57,435 nt of DNA from an uncultured Collinsella sp. GTDB taxonomy: Bacteria > Actinomycetota > Coriobacteriia > Coriobacteriales > Coriobacteriaceae. The notes under the pieces were generated by a model. That model was not told the DNA's origin and searched no databases. It saw only the letters and a program-made list of their open reading frames with translations. The DNA is taken from NCBI GenBank assembly GCA_900548295.1, contig URKC01000001.1:1-57435 (forward strand). The letters run 5' to 3'. The position numbers and the translations under genes were made by a program. Every line of letters begins with the position of its first letter. Positions within the stretch are counted from its first letter, which is position 1. Positions 27,959 to 37,687 of this stretch are shown here, in pieces.

Positions 27959-29371
27959 TTATACCTCGTCGTCCTCGTGCAGGCGGCGGCGGTAATCGGC
28001 GGCCCAGCCCTCAATATTTACCTGACGGGCGCGGCCCAGACCAAGTGCGTCGGCCGGGACCGGCTCGGTGATGACGGAGCCGGCGGCCACGAGTGCACCG
28101 TCGCCGATCTGGGCGGGCGCGACCATCATGGTGTCGGAGCCAATGAAGGCATCCTTGCCGATGACGGTCTTGTGCTTGTGCACGCCATCGTAGTTGCAGG
28201 TGATGGAGCCCGCGCCCACGTTGACGCCGGGGCCCATGGTGGTGTCGCCGATGTAGGACAGGTGCGGCACCTTGGAGCCCTCGCCGATCGTGGACTTCTT
28301 GATCTCCACGTGCGTGCCGGCCTTGGATCCGTCGAGCATGTGGGTGCCCGGGCGCAGGTAGGCGCGCGGGCCGCAGTCGACGCCGTTCTCGATGACGGCC
28401 TCGATGGCGATGGTCTCGTCGATGACGCAGCCGCTGCCGACGGTGGTGTCGGTGAGGCGGCTGTTGGGACCGAGCTGGCACTCCTCGCCCACGGTGACGT
28501 GGCCGATCAGGTGCGTCTGCGGCCACACGACGGTATCGCGGCCGATAACGGCATCGGGGCCGATCCAGGCCTGCGTGGGGTCGATGAAGGTAACGCCCTC
28601 GGCCATCCAGCGCTCGTTGATGCGGTCGCGCGCGATGGCGGTGAGCTGTGCGAGCTGGATGCGGCTGTTGACGCCCAGGCCGTCGCGGTAGTCGTCGCAG
28701 TGGAAGATGGAGACAGCCTGGCCGTGGCCTTTGAGGATCTCGAGCATGTCGGGCAGGTAGTACTCGGATTGCGCGTTGTCGTTGCCGATCTCGTTGATGT
28801 GGGCGGCGAGCTGCGTGCCGTCAAATGCGTAGCAGCCGGCGTTGCACTCCAGCAGCGTGGCGGCCTGCTCGGGCGTGCAGTCCTTCTGCTCGATGATGCG
28901 CTCGATCTGACCATCGGCGCCCAGCTTGATGCGGCCGTAGCCGAAAGGATCGGGCGGGGTCATGGTCATGACGGTGCAGGCGAGCTCGCCGGTGGCGACG
29001 GTCTGTGCGAACTTGGCGACGGTGTCGGCGGTGATGAGCGGCAGGTCGCCGTTGAGCACGACGACGGGGCCTTGCGTGATGCCACAGGCCTCGAGCGCGA
29101 CCTTCACGGCGTGACCGGTGCCCAGACGCTCGGTCTGCTCGACGCACTCGACCTTGGTGGCGCTGTTGGCGTAGGCGCCGTCGATGAGGGCGCGCATCTC
29201 GTCGGCGTGGCTGCCGATGACAACCACGACGCGGCTGCAGCCGGCCTTGATGGTAGCGTCGACGATCCACTGGACCATGGGCTTACCCAGGATCTTGTGC
29301 GAAACCTTGCAGTGGTTCGACTTCATGCGGGTGCCCTCGCCGGCAGCGAGGATAATTGCGGTTGCGTCCAT
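27959..29371 (-). CDS. glmU: Bifunctional UDP-GlcNAc pyrophosphorylase / glucosamine-1-phosphate acetyltransferase
   Basis: ILAAGEGTRMKS, LGTGHAV, YGRI, EYYLPD, hexapeptide repeats, TCNYDG; ATG at 29371 after RBS AGGAG. Confidence 0.96.
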   Translation of the reverse strand: MDATAIILAAGEGTRMKSNHCKVSHKILGKPMVQWIVDATIKAGCSRVVVVIGSHADEMRALIDGAYANSATKVECVEQTERLGTGHAVKVALEACGITQGPVVVLNGDLPLITADTVAKFAQTVATGELACTVMTMTPPDPFGYGRIKLGADGQIERIIEQKDCTPEQAATLLECNAGCYAFDGTQLAAHINEIGNDNAQSEYYLPDMLEILKGHGQAVSIFHCDDYRDGLGVNSRIQLAQLTAIARDRINERWMAEGVTFIDPTQAWIGPDAVIGRDTVVWPQTHLIGHVTVGEECQLGPNSRLTDTTVGSGCVIDETIAIEAVIENGVDCGPRAYLRPGTHMLDGSKAGTHVEIKKSTIGEGSKVPHLSYIGDTTMGPGVNVGAGSITCNYDGVHKHKTVIGKDAFIGSDTMMVAPAQIGDGALVAAGSVITEPVPADALGLGRARQVNIEGWAADYRRRLHEDDEV

Positions 29372-29570
29372 GTGATCTCCTGTTACGTTATAGAGACGTG
29401 TGTTTGGAAACGATACACGGCGCAATATGATACCGCAGGCATATGACGAGCGCGTAACGATTGGTTTGCGGCGGTTGAGGCTTGCGCCGCCGGCGTGGCG
29501 TTTGCACTGCTTGTGTGCGGCGTTGGCGGTGCTGTGGAGCTGTCGTTTGAGCGAGGGGACGGGGGTACCC

Positions 29571-30458
29571 GTGGACAACATACGAGAGGGGTTTGGCGGC
29601 GAGCCCGTCGCGGCATTCTCGATGTCTCATCCGGCTGTGCCGGCACTCTATATAGTGCTGACGCTGGGGCTCACTATGTTCTCGATGCAGCCGGTGCTGA
29701 TTGCGCTGTCACTTGCGGGCGGGCTGGCGTATGGATTTGCGACGCGTGGGGCTGCCCGCACGCTGGGCGCGCTCCGCTGGCAGCTGCCGGTAATTTTGAT
29801 CGTTGCGGTGCTCAATCCGCTGTTTAGCGCCTCGGGCTCGACGGAGCTGTTCCGTATTGGCATGCGCGCGGTGTATCTGGAGAGCATGGTATACGGCCTG
29901 TGCATGGGCGGGCTGTTTGTGGCGAGCATACTGTGGTTTGAGGCGGCGGCATCGATGCTCGAATACGACAAGGTACTCGCGCTGCTGGGCAATGCCGCGC
30001 CGGTGATTGCGCTCATGATCTCGATGTGCATGAGGCTTATCCCGCAGTTTTTACGCCGCGGTCGTACGGTGCTGGCGGTGCAGGATGCGATTGATGTGCC
30101 GGGCCGCGCGCCGGCCGACCCCGTACGCTCGCGCCTGCGGGCGTCGAGCGTGTTGATGGGCTGGGGCATGGAAGATTCGCTGGAGCGCGCGGACGCGACG
30201 CGCTCGCGCGGGTGGGGTGCCGCGACGCGTCGTACGACGTATGCGCGGTATCGACTGGGGCGCAGCGACGTTGCCGCGCTGGCCGGGCTCGCACTGTTTG
30301 GTGCTGTCGCGGTGGCGGTGGCGTGGACCGCGACGACGCAGTATTCGTTTTATCCGCAGCTCTCGGTTCCGGCGCCGTGGCTGGGCTATGTCGTGTACGC
30401 TGCCTGGATGATGCTGCCTTGCGCGTTGCACGCGATTGATGAGAAGAGGTTTGGCTGA
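29571..30458 (+). CDS. ECF transporter transmembrane component T
   Basis: Multiple TM helices; LNPLF, EDSLERADATRSRGW motif; start uncertain. Confidence 0.8.
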   Translation: MDNIREGFGGEPVAAFSMSHPAVPALYIVLTLGLTMFSMQPVLIALSLAGGLAYGFATRGAARTLGALRWQLPVILIVAVLNPLFSASGSTELFRIGMRAVYLESMVYGLCMGGLFVASILWFEAAASMLEYDKVLALLGNAAPVIALMISMCMRLIPQFLRRGRTVLAVQDAIDVPGRAPADPVRSRLRASSVLMGWGMEDSLERADATRSRGWGAATRRTTYARYRLGRSDVAALAGLALFGAVAVAVAWTATTQYSFYPQLSVPAPWLGYVVYAAWMMLPCALHAIDEKRFG

Positions 30459-32101
30459 TGGCTCGGTTGGATAGGGGCCCGGTGTCGGGCGCGGCGTGCG
30501 ACCCGGATATGCTGGCGATTGAGGTGCGGAGCCTGAGCTTTACCTACCCCGGGGCTGATGCTGCGGTGCTCGAGGGGCTCGACTGGTCTGTCCCCCAAGG
30601 TGCATTTGCGCTGCTTGTTGGCGGTACCGGATCGGGTAAGTCGACGCTGCTGTCGTTGCTCAAGCCCGAGATCGCTCCGGCGGGCGAGCGCACTGGCGAT
30701 GCGCGCGTGCTGGGCGAGAGCGTTGCCGACATGGACGTGCGCGCGTCTGCGGAGCGCGTGGGCTACGTGTTTCAGGATCCCGAGAACCAGATTGTGTGCG
30801 AGACCGTGTGGCACGAGATGGCGTTTGGCCTGGAAAACTTAGGCATGTCGCGCGACGAGATGCGCCGCCGTGTTGCCGAGACCAGCTATTTCTTTGGTCT
30901 GGAAGATTGGCTTCACCGCGATACTGACACGCTTTCGGGTGGTCGCAAACAGTTGCTGTCGTTGGCGGCCGTTCTGGCGCTGCGCCCGCGCGTGCTGCTG
31001 CTCGACGAGCCCACGTCTCAGCTCGATCCCGTTGCCGAGAAGAATTTCCTGCACGCGCTGTTTCGTGTGAATCGCGAGCTGGGCTGCACGGTTGTTGTGG
31101 CGACGCATCAGCCGCGCCCAATGCTCGAATACGCGACGTGTGCGTACCGGATTGAGGACGGTTGCGTGCGCGAGGTGGCAGATATGGCTTCTTTGGGACG
31201 CCGAGAATCGCTGTTTTCCGATGATATGTTGGGGTGGGGTGCCATCCGATGTGCAAAAAACGGAGTATTCAGCAGGCGTGAGGACAATTTGGACTCTCTG
31301 GAGACGCCCGGGGACGTATCGAGCGCGAAAAAAAGTTCGGAATTGGACAAATCGTCCGAATTTGTGGCGCAAACGTCGCTCGAGAACGGCTCGGAAGCCT
31401 TCCCGCGCACGAATGGAAGCAGAATACTCCAAAAAATGCACGCTGGGTCGGCTACCACCCTGTCGGAAGGCTGGTTTCGCTACGATCGCGCGGACGGTTG
31501 GGTGCTGCGCGGGCTCGATGCGTCGTTTTCGGCTGGCGCGGTGCATGCAGTCGTGGGCGGAAACGGCTGCGGCAAGTCGACGATGCTTTCGGTGCTGGCC
31601 AAGACCGCCAAGCTGCAGCGCGGCCGCATGGTGCGCGGAGCGGCCTCGGCGGCGCTGTTGCCTCAGAATCCCAAAGCATTGCTGGTTGCCGAGACGGTTC
31701 GCGATGAGCTGATGGAATGGGCCTCGACCTGCGGATATGACGAGAACTTGGCGCGGGAGCGTGCGGCGCAACTGGGATTGGACGGCCTGGAGACGCGTCA
31801 CCCCTACGACCTCTCGGGCGGACAGCGCCAGCTGCTCGCGCTGGCAAAGCTGCTGCTGATTGGCCCCGAGCTGCTGCTGCTTGACGAGCCCACGAAGGGC
31901 TTGGACCTGGAGAGCCGCCGCATCATCGCCCGCGCCCTGCGTGACCATGCGAAGGCTGGCGGCACCGTCATCATGGCTACGCACGATTTGGACTTTGCCG
32001 AGCAGGTCGCCGACGACATCGCCATGATGTTCGATGGCGAGATTGCCTGCATGGAGCCGCCGGCCGACTTCTTTGCCGACAACGTGTTTTATAGGGCGTG
32101 A
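30458..32101 (+). CDS. ECF transporter duplicated ATPase
   Basis: Two Walker A (GGTGSGKS, GGNGCGKS), two LSGG signatures, FQDPENQ, two DEPT motifs. Confidence 0.9.
   Translation: MARLDRGPVSGAACDPDMLAIEVRSLSFTYPGADAAVLEGLDWSVPQGAFALLVGGTGSGKSTLLSLLKPEIAPAGERTGDARVLGESVADMDVRASAERVGYVFQDPENQIVCETVWHEMAFGLENLGMSRDEMRRRVAETSYFFGLEDWLHRDTDTLSGGRKQLLSLAAVLALRPRVLLLDEPTSQLDPVAEKNFLHALFRVNRELGCTVVVATHQPRPMLEYATCAYRIEDGCVREVADMASLGRRESLFSDDMLGWGAIRCAKNGVFSRREDNLDSLETPGDVSSAKKSSELDKSSEFVAQTSLENGSEAFPRTNGSRILQKMHAGSATTLSEGWFRYDRADGWVLRGLDASFSAGAVHAVVGGNGCGKSTMLSVLAKTAKLQRGRMVRGAASAALLPQNPKALLVAETVRDELMEWASTCGYDENLARERAAQLGLDGLETRHPYDLSGGQRQLLALAKLLLIGPELLLLDEPTKGLDLESRRIIARALRDHAKAGGTVIMATHDLDFAEQVADDIAMMFDGEIACMEPPADFFADNVFYRA
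31251..31441. repeat. Degenerate inverted-repeat cassette inside the ECF ATPase linker
   Basis: GTGCAAAAAACGGAGTATTCAGC versus GCAGAATACTCCAAAAAATGCAC; central TTCGGA/TCCGAA dyad; AT-richer than flanks. Confidence 0.55.
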
Positions 32102-32105
32102 TGGG

Positions 32106-32819
32106 ATGGCGGATTATCGCATCGTGCGCCTACTCGCAAAACTGGAGATACCGCTGCTGCTGGCGGTGCCAGCCGTGATGGCTGCGGCGTTGCTGGCGGG
32201 CGTTGAGCAGGCGGCGCTCGCCATGCTTGTCGTGGTGGCGCTGGTGCTTGCGCTGTTCTTTGCGGGTTACGAGGCGTCGCGCCCGGGCCTGCGCCAGATT
32301 ATGCCCACGCTGGTGTTGGCGGCGTTGGCCGCGGCGGGGCGCATCTTGTTTGGCCCCATTCCCGACTTTAAACCGGTGAGCGCCATCGCCATTATCGCGG
32401 GGGCGACGCTTGGTCGCCGCAATGGTTTTATGGTTGGCGCGTTGGCAGCGCTGACCAGCAATTTCTTTTTTGGGCAGGGCATGTGGACGCCGTGGCAGAT
32501 GTATGCCTGGGGTCTGGTGGGCTATATCGGTGGCGCACTGGCGCATGCGGGCGCGTTTGACCGCGCCGATGGAACCGTGCGAATGCCGGCACTGTTGGCG
32601 TATGGCTTTGCGTCGGGCTTGCTGTATGGCGTCGTGATCAACGCGTATGACATCATTGGTTTTGTACAGCCGCTTACTTGGGCGGGTGCCGTGGCGCGTC
32701 TTGCCACGGCAGTGCCGTTCGATATTACGCACGGCCTTGCGACCTGCGTGTTTTTGGCCGCCTTGTACAAGCCTTGGTGCCGTCGCATTAACCGTGTCGT
32801 CGTGAAATACGGGCTGTAG
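32106..32819 (+). CDS. ECF transporter S component
   Basis: Hydrophobic; PDFKPV, SNFFFGQGMWTPWQM, FDITHG. Confidence 0.85.
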   Translation: MADYRIVRLLAKLEIPLLLAVPAVMAAALLAGVEQAALAMLVVVALVLALFFAGYEASRPGLRQIMPTLVLAALAAAGRILFGPIPDFKPVSAIAIIAGATLGRRNGFMVGALAALTSNFFFGQGMWTPWQMYAWGLVGYIGGALAHAGAFDRADGTVRMPALLAYGFASGLLYGVVINAYDIIGFVQPLTWAGAVARLATAVPFDITHGLATCVFLAALYKPWCRRINRVVVKYGL

Positions 32820-32858
32820 GGCTGGTTGCGCCGGGGCGGGAATCAATACTGCCGAAGT

Positions 32859-33026
32859 GCCATTCCAAAACTATGCCGGTTTACGGGGCTAGATTGGCGC
32901 GGGCCGACTATACCAGCATTTTTCGAAATAGGGCACACCGTCTACCTGCGGTTTTATTATCTCGGAATTGCATATGGTTGGGGGTTCGCGATTCAGCCCC
33001 GTAAACCGGCATAGTTTTGGAATGGC
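32859..33026. repeat. Inverted-repeat cassette D, 168 bp
   Basis: Perfect 32-bp inverted repeat GCCATTCCAAAACTATGCCGGTTTACGGGGCT at 32859-32890 and 32995-33026. Confidence 0.9.
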
Positions 33027-33121
33027 CGGCTGATATGACGGGCATCGTGGCCCTCAGAGATCCAAATTGATCCATTTTCTTCCGTCCCCAGATGTCCCCA
33101 GGGAATCAGTTGACGGCGCTT

Positions 33122-33281
33122 GCCACGAAACTGGCCCATCTACTACGTTTAGCTTGATACTCCCGACCATGACCGCGTTTTATGAAAAACCGCAGGCTTT
33201 CTACCTGCGGTTTTCTTTTTGCGTTGTTCGCTGTGGTTGAGGGTGGTGGCTTAAACGTAGTAGATGGGCGTGTTTCGTGGC
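33122..33281. repeat. Inverted-repeat cassette E, 160 bp
   Basis: GCCACGAAACTGGCCCATCTACTACGTTTA (33122-33151) versus 33252-33281, 28/30 complementary. Confidence 0.88.
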
Positions 33282-33352
33282 GATGGGTCACGCGGACACC
33301 CTCACGAGGCCCAAAATGATCCGTTTTCCTTCGTCTCCGGGGGCAGCTGGAG

Positions 33353-34171
33353 TTAGAGCTCCAACGTAAGGGTGACGGGGCAGTGGTCGCTGCCAAAGAT
33401 GTCGCCGCGGATGCCGGTGTCGCGTACGTTGTCGGCGATTGCGTCGCTTACCAGGAAGTAGTCGATGCGCCAGCCGGCGTTGTTCTTGCGGGCATTAAAG
33501 CGGTAGCTCCACCAGCTGTAGACGCCCTCGACGTCGGGGTTTGCCGCGCGCCAGGTATCGGTAAACCCGGCGTTGAGCAGCTCGGTAAACTTGCCGCGCT
33601 CCTCGTCCGAAAAGCCTGCGTTGCCGCGGTTGGACTTGGGGTTCTTAAGATCGATCTCCTCGTGTGCCACGTTAAAGTCGCCGCAGGTCACCACGGGCTT
33701 GCCGGTCTCGCGCTCTAGTGCGCTCAAAAAGCCACGATAGGCATCGTCCCAGGCCATGCGTACATCGATGCGCGCGAGCTCATTTTGGGCGTTGGGCGTA
33801 TAGACGTCGACAAACCAAAACTTGTCGAACTCGAGCGCGCAGACGCGGCCCTCGGTCGCGGCTTGGGCGACGAGCTCGGCAGCCTCGCCTTCGCCGGCGT
33901 AGGGCAGCAGCGCGTCGGCGCGCAACACGCGCAGCGGTTCCTGGCGGCTAAAGACCGCAGTGCCCGAATAGCCTTTACGCTCGGCGTAGCTCCAGGTTTG
34001 GCGATAGCCGGGCAGGTCAATATCAACCTGGCCTTCTTGCAGCTTGGTCTCTTGCAGCGCCAGGATATCGACGTCGAGTTCTTGCGCGATCTGGATAAAG
34101 CTCGGGTCCTTTTTGAGCACGGCGCGCAGGCCGTTGACGTTCCACGAGGCGAAAGTGTAAGTCTGAGGCAT
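33353..34171 (-). CDS. xth: Exodeoxyribonuclease III
   Basis: SWNVNGLRA, LQETK, GYSGTA, YTPN, GDFNVAH, WRIDYF, SDHCP. Confidence 0.96.
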   Translation of the reverse strand: MPQTYTFASWNVNGLRAVLKKDPSFIQIAQELDVDILALQETKLQEGQVDIDLPGYRQTWSYAERKGYSGTAVFSRQEPLRVLRADALLPYAGEGEAAELVAQAATEGRVCALEFDKFWFVDVYTPNAQNELARIDVRMAWDDAYRGFLSALERETGKPVVTCGDFNVAHEEIDLKNPKSNRGNAGFSDEERGKFTELLNAGFTDTWRAANPDVEGVYSWWSYRFNARKNNAGWRIDYFLVSDAIADNVRDTGIRGDIFGSDHCPVTLTLEL

Positions 34172-34306
34172 GGTGTCCTTTCGACGGGGTTGGCAGGCTT
34201 AAGATTAGCGCAACAGGGGCGGGGTGGGCTCCGCGCATGCTGACTTAAAGGTCGCATGCTGGGACATCGCCCGACGCCGCCCGATCAACAAGGACGGAGG
34301 GCTCAT

Positions 34307-35059
34307 ATGACGCAGGCAATATCGGACCCCAGGCAGGCGTCCGCCGCGCTGGCGGATCTGTTTGACACCCACAAGCGCGTGGTCTTCTTTGGCGGCGCTG
34401 GTGTTTCCACGGCAAGTGGCATCCCCGATTTCCGCAGCGTGGACGGCCTGTATCACCAGCAGTTTGCCTACCCGCCCGAGACTATGCTCTCGCATAGCTT
34501 TTATGAGACACATCCGGCCGAGTTCTTCGACTTTTACCGCACCAAGATGATCGCGCTTAACGCTAAGCCCAACCGCTGCCACACCAAGCTGGCCGAGCTG
34601 GAGCGAGCTGGCAAGCTCGATGCCGTGGTGACGCAAAACATCGACGGCTTGCATCAGATGGCGGGCTCGCAGCGCGTGTTCGAGCTGCACGGATCGGTCC
34701 ATCGCAACATTTGCCAGTCGTGCGGCGCGGTCTATAGCGCCGAGTGGATTTGCTCGCGCGAGCACGAGAACGCCGCGGGCGTGCCCGTGTGCCCCGCGTG
34801 CGGTGGTCGCATCAAGCCCGATGTGGTGCTCTACGAAGAGCCGCTCGACGAGCATGTGTTGACCGGTGCCGTTGCCGCCATTGCCGCGGCCGATGCCCTC
34901 ATTGTGGGCGGGACCTCGCTCGTGGTGTATCCGGCGGCAGGCCTTACGCGTTACTTTACTGGCGATACGCTGGCCATTTGCAATTTGGCGCCTACCGATC
35001 AGGATGCAAATGCCGACCTGCTGATTTCTTGCGACATCGCGGCCGCGTTTGCGTTCTAG
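34307..35059 (+). CDS. cobB: NAD-dependent protein deacylase (sirtuin)
   Basis: GAGVSTASGIPDFRS, TQNIDGLH, ELHGS, two CxxC, GTSLVVYPAA. Confidence 0.94.
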   Translation: MTQAISDPRQASAALADLFDTHKRVVFFGGAGVSTASGIPDFRSVDGLYHQQFAYPPETMLSHSFYETHPAEFFDFYRTKMIALNAKPNRCHTKLAELERAGKLDAVVTQNIDGLHQMAGSQRVFELHGSVHRNICQSCGAVYSAEWICSREHENAAGVPVCPACGGRIKPDVVLYEEPLDEHVLTGAVAAIAAADALIVGGTSLVVYPAAGLTRYFTGDTLAICNLAPTDQDANADLLISCDIAAAFAF

Positions 35060-35148
35060 CCCGTGTGCGCGGATACAATAGAAAGACTGAGTGCAAAGCG
35101 ACCCCGCCGCCAGCTCCCCAAGCTCGGCGGCGTGGGCATTTTAGGAGG

Positions 35149-36894
35149 ATGTTCATGGCGAACGACAGCAAGACATGGCGGTGCGGAAAGTATGAGCTCA
35201 GCTTTGACCGTCCGCGCATCATGGGCGTCCTCAACGTGACGCCCGATTCGTTTAGCGACGGCGGGGAGCACTTCGACCCGGATGCCGCCATCGAGTACGG
35301 CCTGGCGATGCTTGACGCCGGCGCCGACATCATCGACGTGGGCGGTGAGTCCACGCGCCCCGGCTTTACCCCGGTTAATCCCGACGAGGAGGCTCGCCGC
35401 GTGCTTCCCGTGGTGCGCGCGCTGGCCAAAGAGGGCGCCATCGTCTCGATCGACACGCGCCACGTGGCGGTTGCCAAGGCGGCCGTGCGCTGCGGCGCCT
35501 CGATCGTCAACGACGTGACGGGCTTCACCGACCCCAAGATGGTCGAGTTTGTTAAGACGAGCACCTGCGGCGTCATCGTGATGCATGCCGGCGAGGTCGC
35601 CGCGCCTACACGCACGCACGCAACGGTGCAGCTCGATACCTCGGCTGCGGCGTTTGTTGCCGAGAAGGCGCGCGAGGCGGCTGCCGAGGCCGCGCGTGAG
35701 GCTGAGAAGCCGGCTCGCCGCCGTCGCGGCAAGTTGCTGGGCGAGCCTAAGCCGGAGGCCAAGCTTCCGGGCGGCGTGGTGCAGCCCTCGTTGCCGTTTG
35801 GCGATCCGGAGCCCGCGACCGAGCCCGCACCCGCGCCCGTGGACGAGCAGAAGCAGGAGACGCCGGTCGCCGAGCAGGCTGCCCCTGTCGCCGAGGCCGC
35901 CACGGCCCCTGAGCCCGCGCCGGAGCCCAATGACCACCTGGCAGCCATGATGCGCCGCAGCGCCCGCCGCGAGGAAGCCCACGTGCCCACCTCGCAGCTC
36001 CGCCGCTTCACCCTGCCCGATTCGGCGCCCATCATGCGCCGCGTCATGGGCTTTCTGTCCGACCAGGCCCGCGCGCTCATCCACGCCGGCGTGTCGCGCG
36101 ACCGCATCTGCATCGATCCCGGTCCGGGCTTTGGCAAGACGGCCAACGAGGACATCGTCATCCAGCGCGAGACTGCCAAGATGGCGTCACTGGGCTATCC
36201 GCTCATGTGCGCCGTATCGCGCAAGCGCTTTGTGGGCGCCGTCTCGGGCGTGACCGAGGCCGCCGAGCGCGATGCCGCTACGTTTGGCGTGTGCCTGGGC
36301 GCCATCCAGGCCGGTGCCAACATCGTGCGCGTGCACGACGCCGCGGGCTTTGCGCAGTTCCTGAACGGCTACTGGGCGGTTGCCAAGCCGCAGCCGCGCC
36401 GCGCGTTTGTGGCCGTGGGCTCCAACCTGGGGCATCGCTGTGACAACATCCGCGCCGCACGCGACATGATCGCCGAGATTCCACTCACCTGCGTGTCCAA
36501 CTCCTCCAAGATCTACGAGAGCGAGCCGGCCTACGAGACGCGCCAGGACGCGTTTGCCAACGCCGTCATCGAGATTAAGACCGAGCTGGCGCCGTTGGTG
36601 CTGCTCGACGAGCTCATGAAGATCGAGGCCGAGCTGGGTCGCGACCGCTCCAAAAAGGCCAAGGCCAACGGTCCGCGCACCATCGACTTGGACCTGCTGT
36701 GGATGGACGGCGAGACCCACGGCGGCAAAAAGCTGCGCCTGCCGCATCCGCTGATCGGCGAGCGTGACTTTGTGCTGGTGCCGCTCGAGGACCTGATGCA
36801 CGACCCGGCTCGGTTCTTCCGCTACAACGGCGTCGAGGTCAAGGAGCCCGAGGACCGCGTGGGCCATATCGTGGGCGAATTGGGGCGTATGTAG
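35149..36894 (+). CDS. folP/folK: Fused dihydropteroate synthase (N-terminal, with large insertion) and HPPK (C-terminal)
   Basis: MGVLNVTPDSFSDGG, GGESTRPG, SRKRF, VRVHD, followed by VGSNLG and GPRTIDLDLL..LPHP..ERDFVLVPL. Confidence 0.9.
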   Translation: MFMANDSKTWRCGKYELSFDRPRIMGVLNVTPDSFSDGGEHFDPDAAIEYGLAMLDAGADIIDVGGESTRPGFTPVNPDEEARRVLPVVRALAKEGAIVSIDTRHVAVAKAAVRCGASIVNDVTGFTDPKMVEFVKTSTCGVIVMHAGEVAAPTRTHATVQLDTSAAAFVAEKAREAAAEAAREAEKPARRRRGKLLGEPKPEAKLPGGVVQPSLPFGDPEPATEPAPAPVDEQKQETPVAEQAAPVAEAATAPEPAPEPNDHLAAMMRRSARREEAHVPTSQLRRFTLPDSAPIMRRVMGFLSDQARALIHAGVSRDRICIDPGPGFGKTANEDIVIQRETAKMASLGYPLMCAVSRKRFVGAVSGVTEAAERDAATFGVCLGAIQAGANIVRVHDAAGFAQFLNGYWAVAKPQPRRAFVAVGSNLGHRCDNIRAARDMIAEIPLTCVSNSSKIYESEPAYETRQDAFANAVIEIKTELAPLVLLDELMKIEAELGRDRSKKAKANGPRTIDLDLLWMDGETHGGKKLRLPHPLIGERDFVLVPLEDLMHDPARFFRYNGVEVKEPEDRVGHIVGELGRM

Positions 36895-37596
36895 ATGATC
36901 GAGATGAATGCTGTTGCCGCCGGTACCGAGCTCGACGCGGCGCGTGATGCGGGCCGCGAGGGCGTGTCCGCGGGCTGGTGCGCGTGGAGCGTGGGCGATG
37001 CTTCGCTGACGTTTTCGCTGGTTGTGCGCCCCGATGTGAACATGCACGCCTTCCACGGCCTGCCGTTTGTGGCCGCGATGGGCATGATGGACGCGCTCGT
37101 GGGCACGGCTTCGACGCCGGGGTTGGGCCTTGCCGGTAAAGTGGGTATCCAGTGGCCGAGCGATATCGTGTGCGGTGCGCCTGCGTTTGAGACGTCGCTC
37201 GCGCGCGTCGCCGTCAACGGCGGTGCCGGTGCTGCGGGCATGTTTGCCGCGGTGACGGTTGATATTGAACGTGCGGCGCTGGGCGAGCTTGGCGTGGATA
37301 TGGCCGACGAGGTGCTGGTCGAGGCATTGGCCACCGCCGTGCTGACCCGCGTGGACACCTGGGCGGTTGCCGCCAACACACCACAGGGCGCTGCCGGCCC
37401 GCTGGCTCCGGTGCTGGGCGAGTACTTTGACATGGTGCCACTGCTGGGTCGTCAGGTCGCGGCGGTGTCGCCCAGCGGCTTGCCGCTTGCGGTCGGTGTG
37501 TTTGCGGGCCTGGACATCTGGGGTCGCGCGACCATCAAGACCGATGCCGGCGAGCAGGAGTTTCCGCCCGAGGCCGTACGGATTCGCGGACTGTAG
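36895..37596 (+). CDS. Divergent biotin/lipoate protein ligase (BirA-like) protein
   Basis: LTFSLVVRP, QWPSD (canonical KWPND), C-terminal LGRQV...GLDIWG SH3-like region. Confidence 0.55.
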   Translation: MIEMNAVAAGTELDAARDAGREGVSAGWCAWSVGDASLTFSLVVRPDVNMHAFHGLPFVAAMGMMDALVGTASTPGLGLAGKVGIQWPSDIVCGAPAFETSLARVAVNGGAGAAGMFAAVTVDIERAALGELGVDMADEVLVEALATAVLTRVDTWAVAANTPQGAAGPLAPVLGEYFDMVPLLGRQVAAVSPSGLPLAVGVFAGLDIWGRATIKTDAGEQEFPPEAVRIRGL

Positions 37597-37687
37597 TGCG
37601 GGTCGTTCGCGGCTAAAGATAACGACAACAAAGCCCTCCTCGGTATGCATGAACTGCGTCCCAAATCTTGGACGCCCTGAATAGCGA

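Noticed and set aside
34744..35148. Extended N-terminus of folP
   Set aside because: Overlaps cobB in another frame; RBS AGGAGG supports a start at 35149 or 35155
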